From assembly GCA_903921675.1 (NCBI GenBank), contig CAIXQW010000256.1, positions 12,958-76,957 on the forward strand: a stretch of 64,000 nucleotides of DNA, in the 5' to 3' direction. Under the pieces are notes generated by a model. The model was not told the DNA's origin, made no database searches, and saw only the letters and a list, made by a program, of their open reading frames with translations. Shown piece by piece: positions 10,501-18,715 of this stretch. The stretch is from an uncultured bacterium (lineage in GTDB: Bacteria > Bacteroidota > Bacteroidia > Chitinophagales > Chitinophagaceae). Made by a program: the position numbers and the translations under genes. Within the stretch, counting starts at the first letter, position 1. Each line of letters opens with the position of its first letter.

Positions 10501-10615
10501 TTTGAGCAATCGTACTTTTCCTAGTGCAGAAAACAAGCTAATTAATAGCATGGATATTCGTGGCAAAGCACAACAATATGTATATGAGAGTTTAGGTATT
10601 GCTAGTAGGAAATAG
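7541..10615 (+). CDS. fusion protein: GH3 (NagZ-like beta-N-acetylhexosaminidase) domain plus serine beta-lactamase/DD-peptidase-fold domain
   Basis: KHFPGHGNTDMDSHKDLP is the GH3/NagZ signature. The C-terminal half has the S-x-x-K motif ASVTK and a beta-lactamase-like HTGFTG. I prefer the ATG at 7541 (MHKFTLCLVALFVFLSTIVSSQ signal peptide) over the TTG at 7514 used in the track. Confidence 0.88.
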   Translation: MHKFTLCLVALFVFLSTIVSSQPANKSVKLPKPSVGINAWVDSIYNSLSLEQKIGQLFMIAAYSGGEKYNRQTIEKLITQNFIGGLIFMQGTAEAQAEQTNAFQKMSKVPLLIGMDAEWGLGMRLKGVDDFPRQIMLGAMKDTSLVYKMAQAIAYQCRRMGVHMDFAPDVDINNNPNNPVINFRSFGENKYAVARYATQYVKGLQDGGIIASAKHFPGHGNTDMDSHKDLPTISGSAKSLEDNELYPFREMINNQVGSIMIAHLQVPALDNTPNTPTTLSKKVVTDLLKNKYNYKGLIITDALNMSGVTKNRIPGELDYQAFMAGNDILLFSQDVSAAVKKISDAIENGTITEERLEESVKKILKAKYFVGLNKTRTISAENITTDLNQYTSSIRSLVAKEATTLLSDQYNILDKIRRNAAKKIAYVGIGTDAPNTFSKALNTIGISEMYFVNGNDANLANKLKDYDAVIIGIHNVALYPGKSFGLNISDIAIANALAKNKNSMLVLFGNPYAMKYFCDAKGAIVAYDEKPETQNVLAEIISGDFRAKGKLPVSVCPSYSAGSGIITLTNQLGEKDNTNPEVPREIKDIKKNDDKLLQLNCDNNSKDLIPCVKNIFHPVPVVCCFNPEAIGSNNDKLEKIDNLIENAIAKGAFPGCRILVAKEGKVFYDRSFGYTTFNKTQMVKENTLYDVASVTKVMATTLAVMKLYEQGKLSIENTLGDYLPITRGTNKSDIKLKDMLLHQAGLKSWIPFYKETLDSNKQQRKDIYSNSANGNYTVKVANNLYMNKHWTDTMWQRILDSPIGAKVYEYSDLDFIFLQKVVEKITGQSIDAYVEKEFYKPLGMSNTCFNPIKKGKPNASIAPTESDSYFRYQIIQGYVHDMAAAMFGGVSGHAGLFSTAGDISKVLQMLMNGGIYEGKRYFEKKTVDFFTTYKTTTRRGYGWDKTEPNTAKSNPTADNCSLLTFGHTGFTGTCVWADPTYNLQFIFLSNRTFPSAENKLINSMDIRGKAQQYVYESLGIASRK

Positions 10616-10646
10616 GTATTTCTATGAACAATAAATGCGCTTTTTA

Positions 10647-10772
10647 AACCACGAAAGCACTAAGGCGCTAAGAAACACTAAGGTATTTTTCTATCTTCTT
10701 ATATCAATTGTAACTTTCAAAAGCAGCTTTTCAAATCTTCATGCTTCTTCGTGGACTTCGTGACTTTGTGGT
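10647..10772. repeat. REP/MITE-like imperfect inverted repeat built from CAC-[GT]AAG short units
   Basis: The left arm is aaccacgaaagcactaaggcgctaagaaacactaagg. The reverse complement of the right arm is aaccacaaagtcacgaagtccacgaagaag. The arms flank about 60 bp of AT-rich spacer in a convergent intergenic region. Confidence 0.45.
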
Positions 10773-10780
10773 TCTACTAC

Positions 10781-11956
10781 TTAAAAAGAAAATAAATATT
10801 TTCCTTCTTGTAATATTTCTTGCAGAGCAATATATAATTTGTCCAAATCTGCTTGTGTATTAAATGCCCCAATAGAATAGCGCATATATATTTTATTGCC
10901 ATGTGGCATAATAGGAATGGTAATTCTGTATTTTTCAAATAAATGTTTTTCTAATTCCCATGCATTATTTGTGTGAATAGGAATACTTAGCATTTGTGCA
11001 ATCCATTCGTTAGTAATTGGCGAAATAGGTGTGCTATTGAACAATGTAATAAATCGATTGGCATTATACAAAACCAACTCTCTGCAACTGGCTGTAACTG
11101 CTTGCCAATTGTTTTGCTGCATATATTCTATAGCTTTTGAAATGCAAAGGTATGCCGAGAAATCGCGTGTGCCTTGCATTTGATGATAATCTAAAAACTG
11201 TGAATGGCTTGGTATTGCACTATCGTAGCCCCAACTAACTACTAAAGGGTCTAGGATGGTTTGCCATTTTTTTTTGACATGCAAAAACGAACTTCCTTTA
11301 GGCGTCATCATCCACTTGTGGCAGGCACCTGTATAAAAATCAGCGTCTAGATCTTGCAGATCTAAAGGTACTTGTCCTGGTGCATGCGCGCCATCTACAA
11401 ATATTGGAATGCCTTTTTGCTTAGCTAAAGCTACAATTTCTTGCACAGGAAATATAAGTGCAGTAGTGCTTGTAATATGGCTTATAAATATAAGTTTAGT
11501 TTTGGCAGTGCATCCTGCAAAAAAATCTGCTATAAATTGATCTTTAGATACTATTGGCAACGTAATAGGCTGCTGTACCAATTTAGCTGCTGCTTTCTTG
11601 CAATAATAACTCCATGTTTTGGCACAAGCGCCATACTCCAAATCTGTTGTTAGCACTTCATCACCGGCTTGCAATGGAAAACTTTTGGCTATAATATTTG
11701 CAGCAGTAGTTGGGTTGGGCACATACACAATATCATCAGCATCTGCATGGAGGTAGGCACCTAGTGCTTTGCGAGCAATTTCTAAATATGCAGGTGCATT
11801 AAACTTGATAAACTGCACAGGTTCTTGCTCTAACTTCATTTGCCAATTTTGATACTCTTCGAAAATTGGTTTTGGGCAAGCACCAAACGATCCAATATTT
11901 AAAAAGGTAACAGTTGGGTCTAATAAAAAATGGGAAGAAAAATTGTTAGGCATCAA
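10781..11956 (-). CDS. class V aminotransferase-fold PLP enzyme (isopenicillin-N epimerase / cysteine desulfurase-like)
   Basis: 391 aa. DGAHAPG and YTGACHKWMMTPKGSSFL (PLP lysine context), plus the overall length. Confidence 0.8.
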   Translation of the reverse strand: MMPNNFSSHFLLDPTVTFLNIGSFGACPKPIFEEYQNWQMKLEQEPVQFIKFNAPAYLEIARKALGAYLHADADDIVYVPNPTTAANIIAKSFPLQAGDEVLTTDLEYGACAKTWSYYCKKAAAKLVQQPITLPIVSKDQFIADFFAGCTAKTKLIFISHITSTTALIFPVQEIVALAKQKGIPIFVDGAHAPGQVPLDLQDLDADFYTGACHKWMMTPKGSSFLHVKKKWQTILDPLVVSWGYDSAIPSHSQFLDYHQMQGTRDFSAYLCISKAIEYMQQNNWQAVTASCRELVLYNANRFITLFNSTPISPITNEWIAQMLSIPIHTNNAWELEKHLFEKYRITIPIMPHGNKIYMRYSIGAFNTQADLDKLYIALQEILQEGKYLFSF

Positions 11957-11994
11957 TAGATTTTTTATGCCACTAATGTAGCAATTAGTTATTA

Positions 11995-12888
11995 TTAATG
12001 ATCAGAAATTTTAATTGGTTTTTCATCATCTGGAAAATAATGATCTTTTGTTTCTATTAATTCTATCGTTGTTCTGAAGTTGGATTTAATGTGAACATAC
12101 ATTAAATTTTCTGTTTTGTCTTTTAAGCGTTTTACTTTGGCCAAATACAATCCTTCTTGCAGTTTAATAGTTTGAGAATCTATATTTCCTGTGATTGGAA
12201 TAGTTGCAAATTTTCTCCAGCCATTATCTTCTTCTTCATAAATATCAACATTATTATCTGGATACATTGCATCTATCATCAATTCGCCATTATATTTCAT
12301 TTCGTAGCCTTGTGTAGTTGCTCGTTTTATTGTTGGTCGCAAAATAACTGGGGGATTCGTATGAATTTTTGCAAGATAATCTGCAGGAGTAAGCCATATA
12401 TTGTCATCCGCATTATAATCAATTTTTACAGTTGGTTGATTATCTAGTTTGGCCATTATTTCTATCGGATAATCAAATACATCAGTACCTTTTTCGTAAT
12501 GAAATATCAATGCACCTTTACGTACCTTTTTCAAAAATATTTTATTTAAATAATTTTTACGAATATCTACATGCAGCAATACAATATCTGTATCAGCAAA
12601 AATAGAAATTTGCATACTACCAAAGGTGTCTAGCATAGCAATAAAATTTTCTTCTTTTCTTTTTTTAGCAGAATTTATTTGATATTCCAAATCTGTATTA
12701 TCTAAACTACATATAACATTAAATGGCAATGAGTAATAATCGGCATTTTCGCTTTGAACAAAAATACAAAGTTGTGTATTGCTTGTTTCATCATAGCGCA
12801 TTTTAAAAGCAGTGGAGTCAATAACAATTTGCGCATTGCAAAAATGAAATAACGAAAAAAATACGAAGGAGAATATTATTTTTTTCAT
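11995..12888 (-). CDS. secreted hypothetical protein sharing a domain with the C-terminus of the upstream vWA protein
   Basis: Signal peptide MKKIIFSFVFFSLFHFCNAQ. LNKIFLKKVRKGALIFHYE resembles LNKVILKVTNGTLIFTYQ in the 12916-15537 protein. Confidence 0.6.
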   Translation of the reverse strand: MKKIIFSFVFFSLFHFCNAQIVIDSTAFKMRYDETSNTQLCIFVQSENADYYSLPFNVICSLDNTDLEYQINSAKKRKEENFIAMLDTFGSMQISIFADTDIVLLHVDIRKNYLNKIFLKKVRKGALIFHYEKGTDVFDYPIEIMAKLDNQPTVKIDYNADDNIWLTPADYLAKIHTNPPVILRPTIKRATTQGYEMKYNGELMIDAMYPDNNVDIYEEEDNGWRKFATIPITGNIDSQTIKLQEGLYLAKVKRLKDKTENLMYVHIKSNFRTTIELIETKDHYFPDDEKPIKISDH

Positions 12889-12915
12889 TGTAAGAGATTG
12901 TATTGGTTGTTGATT

Positions 12916-15537
12916 TTATTTTTTCTTCTTTGGAATTTCTTTGCCTTTTCCATCTAATAGTGGGTTAGCATTAATGAACTCTACTTTTGGAGCTTCATCT
13001 ATATACACCGGCTTGCCAATGGCATCTGGTGTTACGGTAAGTCCTTTATAGTCTTTCAATTCCAAAGTTGTTTCTTGATTGGCTTTTACCAAAAAAGATA
13101 CAATTGTTGGTGGCGCCATTTTAGGCATGCCTGGCAATACAAAACTTGCTTTGTAAGAACCTGGTCTTAATAGCAATCTGCGTTTGTCTTGCGCAGAATT
13201 TGGTGAAATAGTAATAAATTCTTCGTAGGTATCGCCAGTTTGCCAATACAAAGTTACTGGGCTTGGAATATTATCTGAATTAATATACATTTCTCCTTCT
13301 TGCGGAATTTGCACTTCTGTAATGGCACCAAAACTAACTTCTGTATGCACTACATACTTTGGTAAAATATCTAAATCTATTTGGTACTCACCAGGCTCAA
13401 ACATTTTTTGCTCTGCTGCGTTATAAGTAACAGCAGGAATTTTTTTACCACTAAATAATCTGCGCACTCTAACTGTTTTATCTACTGCTCTGGTTCTATT
13501 ATTTTGATAGGTAAAAATTAATGTGCCATTGGTTACTTTTAAAATTACTTTGTTCAATTTGTTTTTTTCGATAGGTACATTGTTCAATACAATATCTCTT
13601 TGTCCCAATACAGTTACATCAAAAATGCCATCTATCTCTAGCTTTACAGGTTCCGGATCACCATTTTCATACACATCGCGCATAAAAGTTTTTATTTTTT
13701 GCTTAGTAGTTGGGTCTACCAATGCTACCATTGGTTTAGCGTTGTAAAATTTACCTGCGCCATCTGTAAAATACACAGCCAAACGTGTATCTGCACTAGG
13801 CTCTGTTTCTATTTTAAATTCGGCTTGTTCGTTATTTACTGCTGGAGTTGGCAATGCTTTTTTCTTGACTAATAATGCTTTTGGATAAGCTGGTACAGAA
13901 AACTTTGCTCTTGGTCTAATAATTGGCAATGGCGCAAATTGGTAACTAAACCTAAATGGAATGGCATATACATCTTCCATTTTTACTTCCTCAAACGGAG
14001 GAATAAATAATACATCTGGCAATGCATATGCATTTGTTTTTCTTGCTTTACCTACCTTAGCATCTATGGCTGTAATAGTAGTACCAATAGACCTTGCTGG
14101 CAAAATAGTTTTCATATCTATTGCTACAAATTCTTGCTCTGTAATTTCTTTGGGTAAAATATAAGTAAATTTATTTTTTGCAATTGGTTTTTGTGCAGTA
14201 GAATTATTTGCAAAACTAAAAGCTTTGTTGATGGTAGGAATTGTTTGCATGTCAAACATTGGCATTTCTACCTCCGTAATTTCTTTTGGCAATTGATAGC
14301 GGAATGCATTTCTAAGCACAGGCTTTTTAGATACAGAAGCTGTAACAATAGGTTTCATGGTAAAGCTGTTTTCCAAAGCATCTAATATCCAAGCAGGCAT
14401 TTCTATTTCGGCTATTTCTTTTGGTAGTTTTGGTTTGCCAATATATAATTTATACATTGTCAAATCTTTCAACTTAGTAGCTATTGGTTTAGCCACAGCA
14501 GAAGCTTCTATGCTTTGCATTACATATCCTTCCTCTATTTTTTCTGCAATCAAAGCTTCTGGCAATCTTGCTTTGCCTACATTCAATAGTTTTGCATTTT
14601 TTTCTGCTTTTGTTTTTCCAATAATTTGCTTTGGAGATATTGCAGCAATTTGTTCCATGGCATCTAACTGAGGCGCAGCAGTCACCACTAATACACCAGG
14701 CAGCTTAGGTGTGTTTTTTATAAATGCATGTTTATTGGGTTCTTTAGGTGTAGTAACTATTAAATAAGGTTTGATACTTGGCACCACACTTAGTTCATCC
14801 ATTACAACAGGCACTATTACATTGATAGGCTTGGGTTCTACAGGTGTAACCAAATTCAATATTTTTGGTTTGTCTAAAAGTGGCCTATTATTTTTTACGA
14901 TCAAGCTAGCAGCTGTAGGAATATCTGCAGTAGAAGTAACACTTACATATTGCCCAAGGCATTCGTAATATTGCTGCAGCATATTGTTGTTATCTAAGCC
15001 AATGATATATGGCGATACTTTTACTTTATTGGCAATCATATTTTTATACATATCGCAAATATTTCCATCGCAGTTTTCGCCACCATCAGTAATTAGTACA
15101 AAACTATAATCGTATTGTGCTGCATTACTCAATTCGTTTTCGGCTGCTTCTTTGAGGCTGTATGCAATTGGACTATTACCTAATGGTGTAATATATTTTA
15201 ACTTGGTTTTTATTTGATACGCATTTTGTAAATTAAATGGCACTACCAAACGTGTATCCGTACAGTTTTTTTCTATACTACCATGTTGGTCGCCGTATAC
15301 TCTTACAGCAAATTCTACTTCGTTATTTACAGCATACATGCTATCCATAATAGCACCCACTACTTTTGCAGCTGCTTCAAAACGATTTTGTTTGTTCTGC
15401 CATTCGTAGGTCATACTACTACTTGCATCCATCAAAAACAAAATACGGGTGCGCTTTTGTGCAGTAGCAGAAACACTAAACAGCAATATGCAACACCACA
15501 CCAATAAAACTTGGAGAAATTGTTTGATAAACGGCAT
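12916..15537 (-). CDS. secreted von Willebrand factor A domain protein with an internal ~45-aa tandem repeat region
   Basis: The MIDAS-type motif LFLMDASSSM follows a signal peptide ending ATAQ. I chose the ATG at 15537 because the track start at 15660 would overlap the transketolase gene. Confidence 0.85.
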   Translation of the reverse strand: MPFIKQFLQVLLVWCCILLFSVSATAQKRTRILFLMDASSSMTYEWQNKQNRFEAAAKVVGAIMDSMYAVNNEVEFAVRVYGDQHGSIEKNCTDTRLVVPFNLQNAYQIKTKLKYITPLGNSPIAYSLKEAAENELSNAAQYDYSFVLITDGGENCDGNICDMYKNMIANKVKVSPYIIGLDNNNMLQQYYECLGQYVSVTSTADIPTAASLIVKNNRPLLDKPKILNLVTPVEPKPINVIVPVVMDELSVVPSIKPYLIVTTPKEPNKHAFIKNTPKLPGVLVVTAAPQLDAMEQIAAISPKQIIGKTKAEKNAKLLNVGKARLPEALIAEKIEEGYVMQSIEASAVAKPIATKLKDLTMYKLYIGKPKLPKEIAEIEMPAWILDALENSFTMKPIVTASVSKKPVLRNAFRYQLPKEITEVEMPMFDMQTIPTINKAFSFANNSTAQKPIAKNKFTYILPKEITEQEFVAIDMKTILPARSIGTTITAIDAKVGKARKTNAYALPDVLFIPPFEEVKMEDVYAIPFRFSYQFAPLPIIRPRAKFSVPAYPKALLVKKKALPTPAVNNEQAEFKIETEPSADTRLAVYFTDGAGKFYNAKPMVALVDPTTKQKIKTFMRDVYENGDPEPVKLEIDGIFDVTVLGQRDIVLNNVPIEKNKLNKVILKVTNGTLIFTYQNNRTRAVDKTVRVRRLFSGKKIPAVTYNAAEQKMFEPGEYQIDLDILPKYVVHTEVSFGAITEVQIPQEGEMYINSDNIPSPVTLYWQTGDTYEEFITISPNSAQDKRRLLLRPGSYKASFVLPGMPKMAPPTIVSFLVKANQETTLELKDYKGLTVTPDAIGKPVYIDEAPKVEFINANPLLDGKGKEIPKKKK

Positions 15538-15581
15538 GCTGTTGTTAAGTTTCAAAATAAAAAATGGGAAGCAATAAAAAA

Positions 15582-16415
15582 TTAATAATCTGCTAATTCG
15601 CTTGGCAATTGCGCGAAGGCTTTTGCCAATTGCTCGTCGTTTGGCGCTATACCATGCCACTCGTGAGTGCCTTCCATAAAGTCGATGCCTTTACCCATTT
15701 CTGTTTTCATTAAAATACATATTGGTTTACCTGCGCCACATTTACTTTTAGCTAATTCCAAAGTTGCCACTACATCATTCATATCATTGCCATTCATGTG
15801 CAATACTTCCCATCCAAAAGCTACCCATTTAGCTTCCAAGCTTTCTACATTCAATACCTTAGCAGTAGGGCCATCTATTTGTTGCCCATTTACATCTACA
15901 GTTGCAATAAAATTATCTGCTTTATGATGCGCGGCACTCATGATAGCTTCCCAGTTTTGACCTTCTTGCAATTCGCCATCGCCAGTAAGACAAAATACGA
16001 ATTGCTGATCGCCATTCATTTTTTTTGCTAATGCGGCACCTAATGCTACGCTTAAGCCTTGACCCAAGCTACCACTAGCAATGCGCACACCTGGCAAATG
16101 CTCATGTGTAGCAGGATGCCCTTGTAAGCGAGTATTTAATTTACGAAATGTGCCTAATTCTGCTACTGGAAAATAACCGCTGCGGCTTAATACACTATAA
16201 AACAATGGAGAAATATGACCATTACTCAAAAAAAACAAATCCTCGTTGGCGCCTTCCATATGAAAGCTAGGATTATGTTTCATTATTTTAAAATAAAGTG
16301 CCACCATAAAGTCTGTACAACCTAAGCTGCCGCCCGGATGACCACTTTGTACACCATGTACCATTCTTACGATGTCTCTGCGCACTTGTGTGGCCATTGC
16401 TTGTAATTTTTCCAT
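15582..16415 (-). CDS. transketolase, N-terminal (thiamine-diphosphate-binding) subunit
   Basis: GHPGGSLG, GHISP, GSLGQGLS and GDGELQEGQNWEA are classic transketolase N-terminal motifs. I prefer the ATG at 16415 (MEKLQAMA...) over the TTG at 16457. Confidence 0.9.
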   Translation of the reverse strand: MEKLQAMATQVRRDIVRMVHGVQSGHPGGSLGCTDFMVALYFKIMKHNPSFHMEGANEDLFFLSNGHISPLFYSVLSRSGYFPVAELGTFRKLNTRLQGHPATHEHLPGVRIASGSLGQGLSVALGAALAKKMNGDQQFVFCLTGDGELQEGQNWEAIMSAAHHKADNFIATVDVNGQQIDGPTAKVLNVESLEAKWVAFGWEVLHMNGNDMNDVVATLELAKSKCGAGKPICILMKTEMGKGIDFMEGTHEWHGIAPNDEQLAKAFAQLPSELADY

Positions 16416-16503
16416 TGAATTACTATTACTTTTTTTAATTGAAGGTTTAGAGTACAAATGTAGGAACTTAGGCGCAGGAACATTGCGCCAAACAAAAGTT
16501 TTA

Positions 16504-16511
16504 CAAAGTTA
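16504..16511 (-). promoter_or_regulatory. candidate -7 box TAACTTTG for the transketolase subunit gene
   Basis: The plus strand reads caaagtta, upstream of the tkt start. Confidence 0.35.
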
Positions 16512-16645
16512 TTAGCAAAAAATCAGCAGTATTTAGCATGCTTTTATGAAATGGCAAAATGGTTGTATTGCAAAACCAAATTTGGGTGATGCAATGATAA
16601 CTGTTTTTTATCTTTAATTAATAGCAACTAAAAGCCCAAAGATGC

Positions 16646-16653
16646 TAACTTTG
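16646..16653 (+). promoter_or_regulatory. candidate -7 box TAACTTTG for the 16674 membrane-protein gene
   Basis: Exact TAnnTTTG match, 20 nt upstream of the ATG at 16674. Confidence 0.4.
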
Positions 16654-16673
16654 TAGCCTACTTTAATATTAAT

Positions 16674-17444
16674 ATGGAATCCCATTTATTGGCAATAGCC
16701 TCTGAAAAAACAATGACACCCATCAAAAAAAGCTTGCAATTTGGTTGGGAAGAATTTTTGAAAGATCCATGGATGTATATTTTGTATACAGCAATTGGCG
16801 CTGTAGCTAATTTAGTAATTTATAAAATTCCTGTCATTGGACCCTTTATATTGGTAGTGCTAGGATTGCCGCTACAGTTGGGTATTGCTATTTATTATTA
16901 TCAAAAAAATAATTTTCAGGATGATCATTTCAAACATTTTTTTGATGGTTTTTCTCATACACGCGAGTTACTTAAATTTTTTTTAATTATAATTGGTTGC
17001 ACCCTGCTATTAATGATTCCGTTATTTATAATAGTAGTAATAACAGAAGTAAGTATTGATATTGCAAGCGGTGGTGCTACATCTAGCCAACTATCTTGGG
17101 TTACCAATATGGTAATTCTACTATATACACCATTTATATTATTTGCAACTATTTGCATTATACTTGCGCCATATTTTATATACTTTTTCAAGTTAAAAGC
17201 AATGGATAGCATTAAGATGAGCTATCGATTTGTAAAGCCAAGATGGTGGAGTTATTTTAGATTTTATATCGTTATCTTTTTAATTGGTATACTTGGCGCT
17301 TTAACTATTATAGGTATGCTAATTACTACGCCAATTATTAGCCTAGCTATGATGCATCAGTTTTTTACAGTTACCAAAATGAAGGTGCGTAAAGAAGATG
17401 GCTCAGAAGCTGTGTTGGATGGGTTGGTAGAAGTAGGTGCTTAA
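16674..17444 (+). CDS. integral membrane protein, family not recognised
   Basis: 256 aa with about 5-6 hydrophobic helices and a clean ORF. Confidence 0.6.
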   Translation: MESHLLAIASEKTMTPIKKSLQFGWEEFLKDPWMYILYTAIGAVANLVIYKIPVIGPFILVVLGLPLQLGIAIYYYQKNNFQDDHFKHFFDGFSHTRELLKFFLIIIGCTLLLMIPLFIIVVITEVSIDIASGGATSSQLSWVTNMVILLYTPFILFATICIILAPYFIYFFKLKAMDSIKMSYRFVKPRWWSYFRFYIVIFLIGILGALTIIGMLITTPIISLAMMHQFFTVTKMKVRKEDGSEAVLDGLVEVGA

Positions 17445-17508
17445 GATTTTAGGAAGCCGTAGTTTTCTAAATAATTATTATTAAATTTGTTTACAAAATA
17501 TTTTTACG

Positions 17509-17682
17509 ATGAGTATTGCAGAATTAAAAAAAGTGGTTCATGCTAAGGTAGATGAGATGAATGATGAGAAATTATTACAAGAAATCCTAGAGATTCTTGG
17601 AAATAAAAAAATAAACTTAGCCATTCATTACGACAAAATTAAAGAACAGTATAATGATGCGCTTCAAAAATTAGCACAATGA
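17509..17682 (+). CDS. small (57 aa) putative antitoxin partner of the Doc-family gene
   Basis: My translation is MSIAELKKVVHAKVDEMNDEKLLQEILEILGNKKINLAIHYDKIKEQYNDALQKLAQ. Its stop overlaps the downstream start as ATGA. It falls below the ORF-track length cutoff. Confidence 0.5.
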   Translation: MSIAELKKVVHAKVDEMNDEKLLQEILEILGNKKINLAIHYDKIKEQYNDALQKLAQ

Positions 17683-18071
17683 TTTTAATTGAAGACATAT
17701 TATTGTTGCATGAAAAATCTATTATAGATTTTGGTGGTGCAGCAGGAATTAGAGATTTGGAAATGTTGGAATCTGCTATTGCAAGACCTTATCAAATCTT
17801 TGATGCATAACACTTATATCCAACACCAATAGAGAAAGCAGCTGCAATTGGCGAAAGCTTAATTATTAATCACCCTTTTGTAGATGGCAATAAAAGAACA
17901 GGAGCATTATCAATTTTGGCATTATTGATGGAGCATCAACTTATTTGTACTGCAAATTCAGAAGCATTTTACCAATTCATCATTTCTATTTCTACAGGAG
18001 AACTGCGCTATGAAAAAATTGTAGCATGGTTGCAAATCAATACACAAAAATTGCAATCAAATTCTTACTGA
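17679..18071 (+). pseudogene. doc: Fic/Doc (death-on-curing) family toxin gene interrupted by one in-frame TAA at 17808-17810
   Basis: The frame reads MILIEDILLLHEKSIIDFGGAAGIRDLEMLESAIARPYQIFDA-stop-HLYPTPIEKAAAIGESLIINHPFVDGNKRTGALSILALL... and ends at the TGA at 18069-18071. The Fic/Doc motif HPFVDGNKR lies downstream of the stop in the same frame. Confidence 0.75.
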
Positions 18072-18080
18072 ACAATACTT

Positions 18081-18088
18081 TATCTTTG
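18081..18088 (+). promoter_or_regulatory. candidate -7 box TATCTTTG for the TRIC-channel gene
   Basis: Exact TAnnTTTG match, 5 nt upstream of the ATG at 18094. Confidence 0.35.
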
Positions 18089-18093
18089 GGCTA

Positions 18094-18714
18094 ATGTTTG
18101 AATCCTACATGCATATTGTAGAAATATTAGGTACATTTTCTTTTGCTGTTTCTGGCACATCTGTAGCCATGAAAAAGAAACTAGATATTTTTGGAATTCT
18201 AATAATTTCGTTTGTTACATCTATTGGTGGCGGAACTTTGCGCGATATTATGCTAGGCAATACACCTGTGGCTTGGCTACGAGATGCTACTACTATTAAT
18301 GTAATTTTGGCAAGTACAATAGGCACAGTATTGTTTGGTAAATTTATTTCTAAGCTAAATGTTTCTCTGTTTTTATTTGATAATTTGGGGCTTGGTTTGT
18401 TTACATTTATTGGCATTCAAAAAGGGATGGATATGCATTTTTCTAATGGTGTATGCGTGGCAATAGGTATGCTCAGTGGCTGCTTTGGTGGCGTGATTCG
18501 TGATACATTACTCAACGAAATTCCATTGGTTTTCAGAAAAGAAATATATGCATCTACATGTATTTTAGGAGGTGCTGTATATTTTTTATTACATGCTTTA
18601 AAAGTAGATAATCAATTATCGCAAATGATAGGTATTGCTATAATTGTATTGCTTAGAATAATAGTGGTGCGCTTTAATTTAAGCCTGCCTAATATGTACA
18701 AGTCAAGTAATTAA
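18094..18714 (+). CDS. trimeric intracellular cation channel family protein (UPF0126 / YadS-like)
   Basis: 206 aa. Two repeated glycine-rich membrane modules, SIGGGTLRDIMLG and GCFGGVIRDTLLN, are typical of UPF0126. Confidence 0.85.
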   Translation: MFESYMHIVEILGTFSFAVSGTSVAMKKKLDIFGILIISFVTSIGGGTLRDIMLGNTPVAWLRDATTINVILASTIGTVLFGKFISKLNVSLFLFDNLGLGLFTFIGIQKGMDMHFSNGVCVAIGMLSGCFGGVIRDTLLNEIPLVFRKEIYASTCILGGAVYFLLHALKVDNQLSQMIGIAIIVLLRIIVVRFNLSLPNMYKSSN

Positions 18715-18715
18715 T

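Noticed and set aside
15538-15660. Upstream extension of the vWA ORF (MAWYSAKRRAIGKS...) that overlaps the 3' end of the transketolase gene by 79 nt.
   Set aside because: The internal ATG at 15537 is followed immediately by a signal peptide and the MIDAS motif. The extension is basic, has no hydrophobic core and overlaps a well-supported gene.
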